Notes under the pieces: generated by a model
The model's input: the letters and a program-made list of their open reading frames with translations, nothing else
Told to the model about the DNA's origin: nothing
Database searches by the model: none
Made by a program: the position numbers and the translations under genes
Shown: positions 1 to 10,472 of the stretch, in pieces
How the letters are laid out: the number at the start of each line of letters is the position of its first letter
How positions within the stretch are numbered: position 1 is the first letter of the stretch
Assembly (NCBI GenBank): GCA_028715415.1
Contig: JAQURX010000001.1
Span: forward strand, 90,584 to 154,583
Source of the DNA: Candidatus Omnitrophota bacterium
Lineage (GTDB): Bacteria; Omnitrophota; Gorgyraeia; Gygaellales; Profunditerraquicolaceae
Length of the DNA stretch: 64,000 bases
Reading direction: 5' to 3'

Positions 1-7
1 TTTTAAA

Positions 8-742
8 ATGAATTTGAACCTTAAGGATGACCTTGAGAGGAATATTTATTTAAACAACAATGAGAGGGGTACATATTTATTCTTAAGTAATAATTTGAAG
101 TCTGGTATGAGTTTTGTTGATGTCGGGGCACATGTTGGATTCTATACTCTTTTAGCCGCAGGGATTGTTGGGGAAAAAGGCAATGTTTATTCATTTGAAC
201 CTTCTTTTGCTACATTCAGTCGTCTTAATGATCACATTGTTTTGAACGGCTATAAAAACGTGACCTATTTTAATGCGGCGGTTGGAGAAAATAACTTGCA
301 GAAAAATGTTTATAGTATTGTTAATGGTAATTCCGGAATGGATACATTGAGTCCTAATAGAAGCTCAGGCGTGAAGCTTGAAAATACTTGTAAGGTTGTT
401 TCTCTTGATGGTATGATTTTTGGGAAAAAAATAAACATGCCTAATTTTGTCAAAGTTGATGCCGAAGGATCAGAGTTAGAGATTATAAAAGGGGCAAAGA
501 AGGTGATCCTTGCTGATAATCCTCCCCAGTTTATTATAGAGTTGTCGAGAACAACCATGGAGCCTTTTGGTTACACGCCAGAGGAATTCTTAGAGTATTT
601 GAAAGGAATCAGGAAATATGAAATGAGTTGGTTTAATCTAAAAAAAGACTGTTTCCAGAGGGTTGATTTAGCTTTGCCCTTGCCTCATTACAGGTATTCA
701 GGTGGATATTTCGGAGACAACTATTTCTTTAAGTTTATTTAA
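8..742 (+). CDS. FkbM-family SAM-dependent methyltransferase
   Basis: Motifs VDVGAHVGFYTLLAA ... SFEPSFATF ... KVDAEGSELEII are typical of the Methyltransf_21/FkbM family; ATG at position 8. Confidence 0.7.
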   Translation: MNLNLKDDLERNIYLNNNERGTYLFLSNNLKSGMSFVDVGAHVGFYTLLAAGIVGEKGNVYSFEPSFATFSRLNDHIVLNGYKNVTYFNAAVGENNLQKNVYSIVNGNSGMDTLSPNRSSGVKLENTCKVVSLDGMIFGKKINMPNFVKVDAEGSELEIIKGAKKVILADNPPQFIIELSRTTMEPFGYTPEEFLEYLKGIRKYEMSWFNLKKDCFQRVDLALPLPHYRYSGGYFGDNYFFKFI

Positions 743-763
743 ATAATTGTTTAATAAAAGAAA

Positions 764-2812
764 ATGCCTATTTTTTCAGTTATAATTCCGGTTTTTAACA
801 ATGCTAAATATGTTTCAAAAGCAATTGAGAGCGTGCTTTGCCAAACTTTGCATGATTTTGAGATTTTGGTTATAGATGATGGGTCTACCGATAATAGCTT
901 TGAAATTATTTCCCAAATCGCTTTTAAATCAAAAGAAGTAAAACTTTTTAAGCAAAATCATAAAGAGAGGGCTGCAGCTAGGAACTTGGGAATCAGTAAT
1001 TCATCCGGTGAATATATAGCTTTTTTAGATTCAGATGATAGTTGGTTTCCTCAAAAACTTGAATACGATTTAGATGTTTTTAAAAAGTGTCCTGAGGCTT
1101 CTGTCGTGTATTCTGATGCCCAAGTTGTTACTGAAGTGGGCAGGAATGCAGGAATTAGGCATTCAGGTTGTTATAAAAGGCTAAAAGATAAAATCCTGTG
1201 CAATAATTTTTTAATTACCTCGAGCGTTTCAATTAAAAAAAGTTGTTTTAATGAAGTCGGTTTTTTTAATGAGGATGTAAATCTTTCCGGTTCTGAAGAT
1301 TGGGAAATGTGGGTAAGGCTTTCTCAAAGATTTAATTTTGTGCATAACAATAAAGTGCTCGTAAAATACAGGCAGCATGAATCTACAAGCATTATTGCGG
1401 ATTCAATTGAGCGCTCCATGCTAACTGCGGCAAAGCTCATGTTCTCTGAATTTAATGAAAAGGCTTCGGAACGAATAATTAAGGCTTCGTATGCGAATAC
1501 GTATTGTACCATTGCTTTGAATTATTCAATTGCAGGTAACCGAACTAAGGCGTTGGATTATTTAAAAAAGTCTTTTATCTTTGCAAAGGGAAGTATTTTT
1601 GATTATAAATTTATTTATTCATTGGCTAATTTATTAATGCGCAAAAGATCTTTGTTATTGTCTCCGGGTGACGGGATTGTAATGCCTATCCCAAATTTTG
1701 ATGGTTCTGGAGGTTTACAAAATCAAGCAAAATTATTAATTCAAGAATTAGAAAGGAATGGTTTGCGGGTATTTGTTCTCACTAGGAACTATTTTAATTT
1801 GTCGAGCCAAGAGAAAAAAAATAATCTATTTATACGCCGGTACAGTTATTTAAAGAGCCATAAAATCTTAAGTTCTCTTTATTACCTTGTTGCAAGTCTT
1901 TTTTGGCTTATCTTTAACAATGATAAGTATAAGATCGTTCAATGTTTCCAATTGACATCTTCATTGAATATAGGCGTTCTTAATAAGTTATTTACGGGTA
2001 AGCCAGTAGTAGCCAGATTGTCATCGACAGGGGAGAAAGGCGATGTTTGTGAGATGGCAAATCTTACTTTAGGCAATATAAGGAAACATTTACTAAAGCA
2101 TGTGGATAGATTTGTTGTACTTAACGATGAGATGAAAAATGATTTATCTAGTGTTTCAGTATTAAGTGCTAAGAAGACTAATTTTATCCCCAACGGAGTT
2201 TTTTTGCAGGAGCGTAGCGCATTTGATAATGAAACAAGGGAATATTATAAGAAAAGTTTAGGTTTGCCGTATAGATACATAGTTACTTATGTCGGGCGCC
2301 TTACAAAAGGAAAGGGCCTAATGGATCTTATTTTGAGCTGGGAAAAAATAATCTCCATCCATCCTGGAGCACATCTGATTTTATTAGGAAATGGCGGGCT
2401 GTATAATAATATAGAAAATGAATTAAAAGATTTAACCAAAAGCCTTGGATTAGAAGACTCCGTATATTTTTATGGAGAAGTTTCCAATGTTTCAGATTAT
2501 CTTTTAGCTTCTGATGTTTTTGTTTTGCCTTCACTTTCAGAAGGCATGTCAAATGCGTTGCTTGAGGCAATGAGTTGTGGGAATATTATCGTTTCAACAA
2601 AGATACCAGCACATGATAGCCTTTTAAACCCGAACAACAGTTTGCTTATCCCTCCGGGAGATAAAGAAGAGCTTTTTAATTCTTTGAATCGCGTTCTTAA
2701 TAATCCTAGTGAATATTATGGTTTAGGAAAAGAGGCGAAGAAGAAAGTTGGTTTCTATTCTATGAAGCATATTGCCGATAGGTATATTAAAATGTATCAG
2801 GAGTTAGCTTGA
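764..2812 (+). CDS. Two-domain glycosyltransferase: N-terminal GT2 (GT-A fold) plus C-terminal GT4 (GT-B fold)
   Basis: N-terminus has FSVIIPVFNNAKYV...LVIDDGSTDNS and FLDSDDSW (GT2 DxD). C-terminus has EGMSNALLEAMSCGNIIVST (GT4 E-x7-E region). Confidence 0.75.
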   Translation: MPIFSVIIPVFNNAKYVSKAIESVLCQTLHDFEILVIDDGSTDNSFEIISQIAFKSKEVKLFKQNHKERAAARNLGISNSSGEYIAFLDSDDSWFPQKLEYDLDVFKKCPEASVVYSDAQVVTEVGRNAGIRHSGCYKRLKDKILCNNFLITSSVSIKKSCFNEVGFFNEDVNLSGSEDWEMWVRLSQRFNFVHNNKVLVKYRQHESTSIIADSIERSMLTAAKLMFSEFNEKASERIIKASYANTYCTIALNYSIAGNRTKALDYLKKSFIFAKGSIFDYKFIYSLANLLMRKRSLLLSPGDGIVMPIPNFDGSGGLQNQAKLLIQELERNGLRVFVLTRNYFNLSSQEKKNNLFIRRYSYLKSHKILSSLYYLVASLFWLIFNNDKYKIVQCFQLTSSLNIGVLNKLFTGKPVVARLSSTGEKGDVCEMANLTLGNIRKHLLKHVDRFVVLNDEMKNDLSSVSVLSAKKTNFIPNGVFLQERSAFDNETREYYKKSLGLPYRYIVTYVGRLTKGKGLMDLILSWEKIISIHPGAHLILLGNGGLYNNIENELKDLTKSLGLEDSVYFYGEVSNVSDYLLASDVFVLPSLSEGMSNALLEAMSCGNIIVSTKIPAHDSLLNPNNSLLIPPGDKEELFNSLNRVLNNPSEYYGLGKEAKKKVGFYSMKHIADRYIKMYQELA

Positions 2813-3957
2813 AAGCAAATAGTCGAAAAATTAAACTGCTTCATGTTACTAGCACTCCCAGTGGAATCGGGGGTATAGAAAAACTACTTTTGTTGATTTC
2901 GGAAAAATACGATAAAGCAAGTTTTGAATTATATTTCTGTAATCTCTTTAGTAAAAGCGATGATGAGATTTATTTGTCTGGTTTAAAGCAAAGAGGATTT
3001 AAGCCGTTTTCCCTAAAGGGGAATTCTTCCCGAAAGGCGTTATTATTTATCCCGGCTCTTTCCGCTTATATTAAGAATAATAAAATTGATATTGTTCATA
3101 CTTGGCTTTTTCATTCAAATTTAATCGGACAAATTGCAGCATTGCCTAATCCTTGCATAAGAGTTTTGTCAAGGCAGTATAAAGATTATTTCTTTATTTA
3201 TAAGAATATACTTAAGCAAAAGATTGATATGGTTTCACATAGAATTGCGCACAAGATTGTCGCTTGTTCTGAAGAGATTAAAAGGCACCTTGTCGAAGTA
3301 GAAAAAATTCCAAAGGAAAAAATTGAGGTTATCTACAATTCGGTAGATTTAAATAGAATGTGTTCGTGCGCTGAAAATAAGAAGAAGATTATACACGAAT
3401 TTGGCCTTGAGGGGAAAAAATGTATTGGAGTTGTAGCAAATCTGCACCCCCGAAAAGGGCATGAATACCTTTTTGTTGCAGTAAGCTTGCTTAAATTAAG
3501 AATTCCTAATATCAAAGTTTTGTGTATTGGGGAAGGGCCATATAGGAAACATCTACAGGAAGAGGCAGATAGGTTGAATATTCTTGGTAATGTTATATTT
3601 ACAGGTTATCGAGAAGATATCCCTGATTTAATTTCTGCAATGGATATTGTAGTTCAGCCTTCTATTGAAGAAGGATTTGGAATATCTCTTATTGAGGCCA
3701 TGTCAATGAATAAACCTATCGTTGCGTCTCTAGTAGGAGGCATTCCAGAGGTTATTGGAAATTATGTGGGTGGTGTATTAGTAAAACCTAAAGATGCCGA
3801 TGCTTTGTATCAAGAAATTTATGGTATTTTGAGCAATCAGAATTTCAGTCTTAATATCGCAAACAAAGGGCGCGAAGTTGTTGAAGCAAGGTTTGGAGCA
3901 GAGCAGATGATCAGAAGCTATGAAGCGCTTTACTTGGATTTAATAAAAAACAAATGA
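2809..3957 (+). CDS. Glycosyltransferase family 4 (GT-B fold)
   Basis: EGFGISLIEAMSMNKPIVAS near the C-terminus; its ATG overlaps the upstream stop (ATGA). Confidence 0.75.
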   Translation: MKANSRKIKLLHVTSTPSGIGGIEKLLLLISEKYDKASFELYFCNLFSKSDDEIYLSGLKQRGFKPFSLKGNSSRKALLFIPALSAYIKNNKIDIVHTWLFHSNLIGQIAALPNPCIRVLSRQYKDYFFIYKNILKQKIDMVSHRIAHKIVACSEEIKRHLVEVEKIPKEKIEVIYNSVDLNRMCSCAENKKKIIHEFGLEGKKCIGVVANLHPRKGHEYLFVAVSLLKLRIPNIKVLCIGEGPYRKHLQEEADRLNILGNVIFTGYREDIPDLISAMDIVVQPSIEEGFGISLIEAMSMNKPIVASLVGGIPEVIGNYVGGVLVKPKDADALYQEIYGILSNQNFSLNIANKGREVVEARFGAEQMIRSYEALYLDLIKNK

Positions 3958-5000
3958 ATAAAATTATCAGGTATTTAAAGCTGGCTTTGGGGATTTATTT
4001 AAACAAACCATTTATAGGCCCTTACAGCGTTCAACTAGGCTTAAGCGATGTATGCAATTATCAGTGTGTTATGTGTAATGTTTTTGCAAGGAAATCTACC
4101 GGTAGCTATCAAGGCGGGAACCGCTCATTAATGGAATTTAATACAGCAAAAGAAGTCTTATATTCTTTGGCGGAGATGGGAACCAAGAATATTAATTTGT
4201 GTGGATATGGTGAAACATTGATTTATCCGAGGATTAAAGAAATTGTAGCGATTGCAAAAGAATTAAAAATGAAAGTTGACATCACTACTAATGGATATTT
4301 CCTTTCAAAAGAGCTTATTGATGATTTCAGTGATTCAAAATTAGACGGATTTTATATTAGCCTTAATTCATCTTCAAAGCAAACTTATGCTTTAATCCAT
4401 GAAGGAAGCAAGCAGGAGGATTTCTCGAGAATCCTTGAAGCCATTAATTATGCAAAGTCTAAGGGTATAACCGTTGTTTTGTCTTTTGTGGTTATGAGCA
4501 TTAATTACCGAGAAATAATCGGTTTTATCGATTTAGCTGAGAAACTTAAAGTTGATGAAATAATATTCAGGGAGCTGGGAATTGGATATTTGACTGACAA
4601 GTCGCTTATCCTGAATAAAGAGGCGATTGATGAGTTAAGAAAACTTAATAGGAATAAATTATCTTCAGTAGCTAATAATTTTCGTTCCTTTCTTGATGTT
4701 TTGGGCTATCAAAAGAAGAAGGCAGTTGATTGTTTTGCGGGATTTATTGGTGGATCTATTATTACAGCGCAGGGATCGGTATTCCCTTGTTGCAATTGTA
4801 GCGACTCAATTGGTAATATTTACGAGAATAATATTAAGTCTATTTGGTATTCATTTAAGTATCAAAGTTTCCGCAGGCTAGGTAAGAATATGCATAAGGA
4901 TGATAAATATCCTACAGGATGTTTATGTAAAACATGTCCTACGTACACTATAAATTCTCGTGTTCAGCATATTCTTTTTCCTTGGAGAAAATTATTTTGA
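3954..5000 (+). CDS. Radical SAM enzyme with SPASM/twitch-like C-terminal Cys cluster
   Basis: CNYQCVMCN (CxxxCxxC) near the N-terminus; C-terminal cysteines CFAGF...FPCCNCSDSIGNIY...CLCKTCP. Confidence 0.7.
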   Translation: MNKIIRYLKLALGIYLNKPFIGPYSVQLGLSDVCNYQCVMCNVFARKSTGSYQGGNRSLMEFNTAKEVLYSLAEMGTKNINLCGYGETLIYPRIKEIVAIAKELKMKVDITTNGYFLSKELIDDFSDSKLDGFYISLNSSSKQTYALIHEGSKQEDFSRILEAINYAKSKGITVVLSFVVMSINYREIIGFIDLAEKLKVDEIIFRELGIGYLTDKSLILNKEAIDELRKLNRNKLSSVANNFRSFLDVLGYQKKKAVDCFAGFIGGSIITAQGSVFPCCNCSDSIGNIYENNIKSIWYSFKYQSFRRLGKNMHKDDKYPTGCLCKTCPTYTINSRVQHILFPWRKLF

Positions 5001-6325
5001 AATATATTATTTTATCAAGTTTATTCTTATTGGGGTTATTTATTTCTCCGGCTTGGGCATTGCTTATTCTGATTACATTTTTGGTTTTAATTCTTCTCGC
5101 AAGAGATCAAGATCCCACAGATAAAAATTTTCTAATGAGCCTGTTCTTGATTGGATTATCCCTTAGGCTGATTTTTGTATTCATAGTCCAATTTTATCTT
5201 GTAAACAAAGGATTTTGTCCTGGAGCAATAGATTCTTTTGCTGATGCTTTTGAAGGGTCTATTTTTTTCGATGAGCATAATTTTATAAAAGCTTCAAGAG
5301 AGATATCTTTTGGATTAAGTAACTACGGAGATTATTATTTTAGAAATGCTCATTTAGTGATAATTTCTTGGTTTTTCTCTAATTTTGGTTACGATCCCCT
5401 TTTTGGTAAGCTGTTAAATTGTCTTTGGGGAGTTTTTTCTGCTCTGCTTGTTTACCGGTGCACTCGGATTATTTTTGTTGATTACGCCATTGCAAAGTTC
5501 GCTGCGATTTTTACCATGTTTTATCCTTCTCTTTTATTCTGGTCAGTAACAAATTTAAGGGATCAGGTTATTATCTTCTTGGTGGTATTGTTTTTTTATG
5601 TTTTGTTGAAGTTTTATAATAGGAATTTCTTTTATGGTTTTTCCTTAGCGTTGATTGTTGCGTTTATAATTAATATCTTCCGCAGCGGTTATTTTTTTAT
5701 TTTTGCAATTTTTCTAGTTGGTGTTTCCTTGGTTAGGTTTATAAAAAAAAGGAGAATAATTCTTAGAAGCCTGCTTGTAGGAGTGATTTTTATTTTATTC
5801 TTCACTTTATCTTCTAAGAATGTTATTTCGTTTGGTAATAGATTCTTATTAAGGGCGGCAGACAAACAAATCAGCAATGCCACTGCTACTGAATCAGAGG
5901 GAAACTTTCTTCTTTTCCCTTTAGAATTTCAGCATCCTTCAAAGCATAAATTTGTTCCATTGCGGATTGTAAAAAATGCTTATCTGAATGGATTGTTCTA
6001 TGCTGTTTTTGCTCCTTTTCCATGGGGATCCGATATAAAGACCTTTATGGGCAGTATGATTATTGTAGAAGCATTAATTTGGTATTTTTGTTTAGTATTT
6101 ATTATTATCGGAATCATAATAGGGATTTATAAAAATAAATTATGTTTGCTAGCGTTTAGTTTTTTGTTTATTAATGTTTCATTCCTTGCTTTATTTGAAG
6201 GTAATGTTGGTACATTGTTTAGGCACAGGGCTGTAATTATGCCTATTTACTTTATTTTCTTAGGAAATGGGTTTGTTTTTGTGTTCAGGAGGTTCTTGCA
6301 TGTGTGGAATTTGCGGAATAATTGA
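4934..6325 (+). CDS. Polytopic integral membrane protein (possible GT-C glycosyltransferase or polymerase); start uncertain, an internal Met near 5135 is possible
   Basis: Many hydrophobic segments throughout; no soluble catalytic motif recognised; the 5' end overlaps the upstream gene by about 67 nt, so a later start is likely. Confidence 0.5.
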   Translation: MSYVHYKFSCSAYSFSLEKIILKYIILSSLFLLGLFISPAWALLILITFLVLILLARDQDPTDKNFLMSLFLIGLSLRLIFVFIVQFYLVNKGFCPGAIDSFADAFEGSIFFDEHNFIKASREISFGLSNYGDYYFRNAHLVIISWFFSNFGYDPLFGKLLNCLWGVFSALLVYRCTRIIFVDYAIAKFAAIFTMFYPSLLFWSVTNLRDQVIIFLVVLFFYVLLKFYNRNFFYGFSLALIVAFIINIFRSGYFFIFAIFLVGVSLVRFIKKRRIILRSLLVGVIFILFFTLSSKNVISFGNRFLLRAADKQISNATATESEGNFLLFPLEFQHPSKHKFVPLRIVKNAYLNGLFYAVFAPFPWGSDIKTFMGSMIIVEALIWYFCLVFIIIGIIIGIYKNKLCLLAFSFLFINVSFLALFEGNVGTLFRHRAVIMPIYFIFLGNGFVFVFRRFLHVWNLRNN

Positions 6326-8222
6326 TTTAAGCAGCGGGAAAGACCTAAACAGCTATATAAAATCTATGATGGATAAAATGGCTCATCGAGGGCCAGATGA
6401 CAGCGGGACTTTTTTTGATTATAAAAAGAATAGTGGTAGTTCCGGTATAATTTCAATTGGACTGGGGCATAGGAGGCTTTCAATCATTGATTTAAATTCT
6501 GGACACCAACCGATCCATAACGAAGATAAAAGCATTTGGATAGTATTGAATGGAGAAATCTATAATTATCTTGAATTGCGTTTTGATTTGGAAAAGCAAG
6601 GACACATTTTTGCAACCTTAAGCGATACAGAAGTAGTGGTGCATCTTTATGAGCAATACGGGCAAGATTGCGTAAAACATCTCCGTGGTATGTTTGCTTT
6701 TGCAATTTGGGATGTAAAAAATAGCATTTTGTTCATTGCTCGGGATCGCGCAGGGAAGAAGCCACTTGTGTATTATTACAAAAATGGTTTATTTATTTTT
6801 TCTTCTGAACTTTCTTCGCTTTTAGGAAGCGGCTTAATTGAAAGAGAGCTTGATCCTATAGCGTTAGACTATTATTTGACCTTAGGGTATATACCTGCAC
6901 CGTTAACCATATTTAAGAATGTTTTTAAGCTTCCTCATGCACATTCAATTGTTCTTAAGAATAAAGAGCTAAAAGTAAGTAAATATTGGGAACTGGAGTA
7001 TTATCCGAAGCTGGTTATGTCAGAACAGGATGTTGAATCTGAGCTTGAGAGGATATTTGAAGAGTCGGTGAAGATTCGTTTACGAAGCGATGTCCCTTTA
7101 GGGAGTTTTTTAAGCGGAGGAGTCGACTCAAGCGCAGTTGTTTCTATGATGAGCAGGTTAAGCAATCAAAAAATAAAAACTTTTTCCATAGGCTTTGAAG
7201 AAAAAGACTATTCTGAGTTAAAATACGCAAAAAATATTGCGCGGATATTCAATACTGATCATCATGAATTTGTAGTAAAGCCAGATGCTTTGCAGATACT
7301 TCCTCTATTAGTAGAGAGATATGGAGAACCATATGCTGATTCGTCATGTATACCGACGTATTATGTCTCTCGTGAGACAAAGAAATTCGTTACGGTTGCA
7401 CTCAGCGGCGATGGGGGAGACGAATCATTTGCCGGTTATGATCGTTATTACGCTATGCTGGTTGCGGAAGATTATTCAAAATGGAATCCTTTTGTCCGTT
7501 GTTTAGTTGGAAAGATTTCAAATCTTTTCCCAGATTCCGCAAATTCAAAGAATACATTTCGTAGAATAAAGCGTTTTTTGGCAGCTGCAGCACTTCCGGC
7601 AGACGAAAGATATTTACGATGGACAGGGATATGGAATTCAGGTTTAAAAGAGATTTTGTATACTAATGGCTTTAAGGGAATGATTGATCCTCAAGGGCTT
7701 GAATCAAATATGGCGCGTTTCATTAATACTAATATAAATTGGCACCTTGTTGATCGGCTCCTTAAGACAGATGTCTCGAATTATCTTCCTTATGATTTAT
7801 TAACTAAGGTTGATATTGCAAGTATGGCTAACTCACTAGAGGTGCGTTCTCCGTTATTAGATCATAAATTTATGGAATTTGCTGCATGTCTTCCGGTTAG
7901 TTATAAACTGAAAGGAAATATCAAAAAGTATATTTTTAAGAAATATCTGGAGAAGTTTGTTCCCAAGAATAATCTATATAGAACCAAAATGGGTTTTGCT
8001 ATGCCGATTGGGAAGTGGCTGCGGACTGATTTAAGAGGTTTTTTAAAGGAAACCCTCTTGGCTTCAAAAGCCTTAAAAAGAGGTTATTTTAATTCGGAAA
8101 TTGTTATTGGAATGGTAAAACAGCATATTTCTGGCAAATGCGATCATTCTTATCAGTTGTGGTCACTTTTGATGCTTGAGCTTTGGCATCAAAAGTTTTT
8201 TGATGAAGGCAAGATAGCATGA
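6300..8222 (+). CDS. Asparagine synthase (glutamine-hydrolysing)-like amidotransferase, AsnB/WbpS type
   Basis: Starts MCGICGI (class II Ntn glutamine amidotransferase Cys2); SGGVDSS PP-loop; the ORF-track start at 6267 extends upstream of this Cys-2 start. Confidence 0.8.
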   Translation: MCGICGIIDLSSGKDLNSYIKSMMDKMAHRGPDDSGTFFDYKKNSGSSGIISIGLGHRRLSIIDLNSGHQPIHNEDKSIWIVLNGEIYNYLELRFDLEKQGHIFATLSDTEVVVHLYEQYGQDCVKHLRGMFAFAIWDVKNSILFIARDRAGKKPLVYYYKNGLFIFSSELSSLLGSGLIERELDPIALDYYLTLGYIPAPLTIFKNVFKLPHAHSIVLKNKELKVSKYWELEYYPKLVMSEQDVESELERIFEESVKIRLRSDVPLGSFLSGGVDSSAVVSMMSRLSNQKIKTFSIGFEEKDYSELKYAKNIARIFNTDHHEFVVKPDALQILPLLVERYGEPYADSSCIPTYYVSRETKKFVTVALSGDGGDESFAGYDRYYAMLVAEDYSKWNPFVRCLVGKISNLFPDSANSKNTFRRIKRFLAAAALPADERYLRWTGIWNSGLKEILYTNGFKGMIDPQGLESNMARFINTNINWHLVDRLLKTDVSNYLPYDLLTKVDIASMANSLEVRSPLLDHKFMEFAACLPVSYKLKGNIKKYIFKKYLEKFVPKNNLYRTKMGFAMPIGKWLRTDLRGFLKETLLASKALKRGYFNSEIVIGMVKQHISGKCDHSYQLWSLLMLELWHQKFFDEGKIA

Positions 8223-8911
8223 TAAAAAAGATTATTATTGTAATTTTAGTTTTTGGATTAATATATGCTCTATTCAATACCAGATTAACTACTCGTCAAG
8301 GAGTAAATTTTGTAGTTGTTACCAAAGAAATTCCTTTGTACCTTAAGGCATTGGATTTTTTTGATAGACATTATAATTATCAGGAACTAGTAAAGGAAAT
8401 AATTTCTGGTTCTTGTGGTGAAAATGAACGTTTGCTTCGGATCTTTGAATGGACGCATAAAACAATTAAAATGCAGCCGCATGAACTTCCAATTATTGAT
8501 GATCATGTTTGGAATATAATTGTCCGGGGTTACGGGACAAAGGATCAGATTTGCGACGTTTTTGCTACGCTTTGTACTTATGTGGGGTTAAAATCTTTTT
8601 TCAGTGAGTTTAAAAATGATAATAGCGAGCTTTTTGTTCTCGCTTTTGTAAAGATTAGAGGCCAATATCGGGTTTTTGATCCTGTTAATGGTATATATTT
8701 AAGAAATAAAATCGGAGAATTTGCTACCATTGAAAATATATTGAATGGTGATTTTGTTATAAACGCAATAGATAAAAAAATACCTGAAAACTACAATGAT
8801 ATGATTAAAAAGTTTTTAAAATCGGATAAGGTTGATTATAAAAGGTCTTTTATACAGTCGCCTTTAAACAGATTTATCTATGAGGTGAAAAAATGGACAA
8901 ATCAGAAATAA
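8219..8911 (+). CDS. Hypothetical membrane-anchored protein (weak transglutaminase-like resemblance)
   Basis: N-terminal TM helix [15 protein letters not shown]; a Cys-containing segment [15 protein letters not shown]; no confident family assignment. Confidence 0.4.
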   Translation: MIKKIIIVILVFGLIYALFNTRLTTRQGVNFVVVTKEIPLYLKALDFFDRHYNYQELVKEIISGSCGENERLLRIFEWTHKTIKMQPHELPIIDDHVWNIIVRGYGTKDQICDVFATLCTYVGLKSFFSEFKNDNSELFVLAFVKIRGQYRVFDPVNGIYLRNKIGEFATIENILNGDFVINAIDKKIPENYNDMIKKFLKSDKVDYKRSFIQSPLNRFIYEVKKWTNQK

Positions 8912-10470
8912 AAGTAGGAATAGTAGGAGTTGGGTATTGGGGTAGTAACCTTGTTCGAGTTTTCTCGAAATTAGGTGTACTTAGTGCAATTTGTGATGAG
9001 GATATTAAAAAACTAAAATCGATAGCTCATGATTATCCGGGGATTAGAACTTATACATCTTACCATGATTTAATTGCTGATCCGGGAATAAATGCGGTTG
9101 TAATTGCAACTCCTGCAAAGACTCATTTTGAAATTGCTAAGTGTGTTTTAATTTCCTGTAAAGATGTTTTTGTTGAAAAACCACTTTCTTTGACTCCTGA
9201 AGAAGGATCTGAGCTTATTGCCTTAGCGCATAAGACAAAGAGAGTCCTTATGGTTGGGCATATACTTGAATATCATCCTGCGATTTGTAAACTAAAAGAA
9301 ATGATGGATAATGGAGACCTCGGGAAAATTCAATATATATATTCAAACCGCTTGAACTTGGGTAAAATCCGTAAAGAAGAGAATATTCTCTGGAGCTTCG
9401 CGCCTCACGATATATCAATTATTTTATTACTTTTGAATGAATTGCCAGAATCCGTTTCTTCATCGGGAGGGAGTTATTTAAATCATGAAGTCGCGGATGT
9501 AACCATAAGTTTACTTAATTTTTCAAATGGTGTAAAGGGGCATATTTTTGTTAGTTGGCTTCATCCTTATAAGGAGCAGAAGCTTATTGTAGTTGGCGAT
9601 AAAAAGATGGCTGTCTTCGATGATGTTGCCCAAGAGGACAAGTTAATTGTTTATAACCATACAATTAATTGGATCGGCCGACTTCCTATTCCTAAAAAAG
9701 AATCTGCGCAGCGTATTAAAGTTGAACCGGGGGAACCTCTATTTCTCGAGTGTTCTCATTTTTTAGATTGTATTCGTACGAGAAAGTGCCCAAAAACAGA
9801 TGGTAAGAGTGCTTTGCGTGTCCTTAAAGTATTAGATGCTTGTCAAGAGTCGCTTGAACATAAGGGTTCGCTTTGTGCTATTAAACCAGCCATTGAGGAG
9901 GTTCCTTATTATTTTCATCCTAGCGCTGATGTTGAGCTGGGATGCCATATTGGCGAAGGAACGCGGATTTGGCATTATTCTCATATAATGAAGAATGCTA
10001 AAATTGGAAAGAATTGTAGGATAGGGCAAAATGTTTTTATTGGCTCCAATGTATCTATCGGCAATAGTGTAAAGATTCAAAATAATGTTTCGGTTTACGA
10101 TTGCATTACTTTTGAAGATGGTGTTTTTTGTGGGCCTTCTGTAGTTTTTACTAATGTAATTAATCCGCGTAGTTTTATTGAACGTAAGAATGAATACCTT
10201 AGGACCCTTGTGAAGAGAGGAGCTACTATAGGAGCAAATTCTACAATTATTTGTGGGAATACAATCGGTGAATATGCATTTATAGGAGCAGGGGCGGTTG
10301 TAACAAAAGATGTTTTACCTTATAGCCTTGTGTATGGAAATCCTGCTATTCAGAAAGGATGGGTGTGTTCGTGTGGGGTGAAACTTGGCCTTAAAAGTAA
10401 AAAGGCAGTTTGCAGGTCATGCAATAAGAAATACCGTATAGCAAAAGGTGTATTAGTAGACTGTAGTTGA
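8893..10470 (+). CDS. Fusion of Gfo/Idh/MocA-family NAD(P) oxidoreductase, left-handed beta-helix (hexapeptide) acyltransferase and a C-terminal Cys4 ribbon
   Basis: [15 protein letters not shown] Rossmann start; the C-terminal half is rich in hexapeptide repeats ([25 protein letters not shown]...); it ends with CSCG...CRSCNKKY. Confidence 0.75.
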   Translation: MDKSEIKVGIVGVGYWGSNLVRVFSKLGVLSAICDEDIKKLKSIAHDYPGIRTYTSYHDLIADPGINAVVIATPAKTHFEIAKCVLISCKDVFVEKPLSLTPEEGSELIALAHKTKRVLMVGHILEYHPAICKLKEMMDNGDLGKIQYIYSNRLNLGKIRKEENILWSFAPHDISIILLLLNELPESVSSSGGSYLNHEVADVTISLLNFSNGVKGHIFVSWLHPYKEQKLIVVGDKKMAVFDDVAQEDKLIVYNHTINWIGRLPIPKKESAQRIKVEPGEPLFLECSHFLDCIRTRKCPKTDGKSALRVLKVLDACQESLEHKGSLCAIKPAIEEVPYYFHPSADVELGCHIGEGTRIWHYSHIMKNAKIGKNCRIGQNVFIGSNVSIGNSVKIQNNVSVYDCITFEDGVFCGPSVVFTNVINPRSFIERKNEYLRTLVKRGATIGANSTIICGNTIGEYAFIGAGAVVTKDVLPYSLVYGNPAIQKGWVCSCGVKLGLKSKKAVCRSCNKKYRIAKGVLVDCS

Positions 10471-10472
10471 CT

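Noticed and set aside
4693-4881. Small + strand ORFs nested in other frames (4693-4881, 7321-7506, 13913-14128, 16143-16358, 25017-25217, 30703-30891, 39438-39668, 61794-62015).
   Set aside because: They overlap conserved domains of larger genes in a different frame and show no independent signal.
10467-10472. Alternative upstream non-ATG starts given by the ORF track for several genes (10467 TTG, 46136 GTG, 50510 GTG, 50821 GTG, 59099 ATG, 6267 ATG, 33480, 47433).
   Set aside because: In each case a downstream ATG with a better RBS and/or a conserved protein N-terminus (MCGICG for the amidotransferase, MAKQ for GroEL, MTKKD for HU) is the more plausible start. The feature coordinates were adjusted accordingly.
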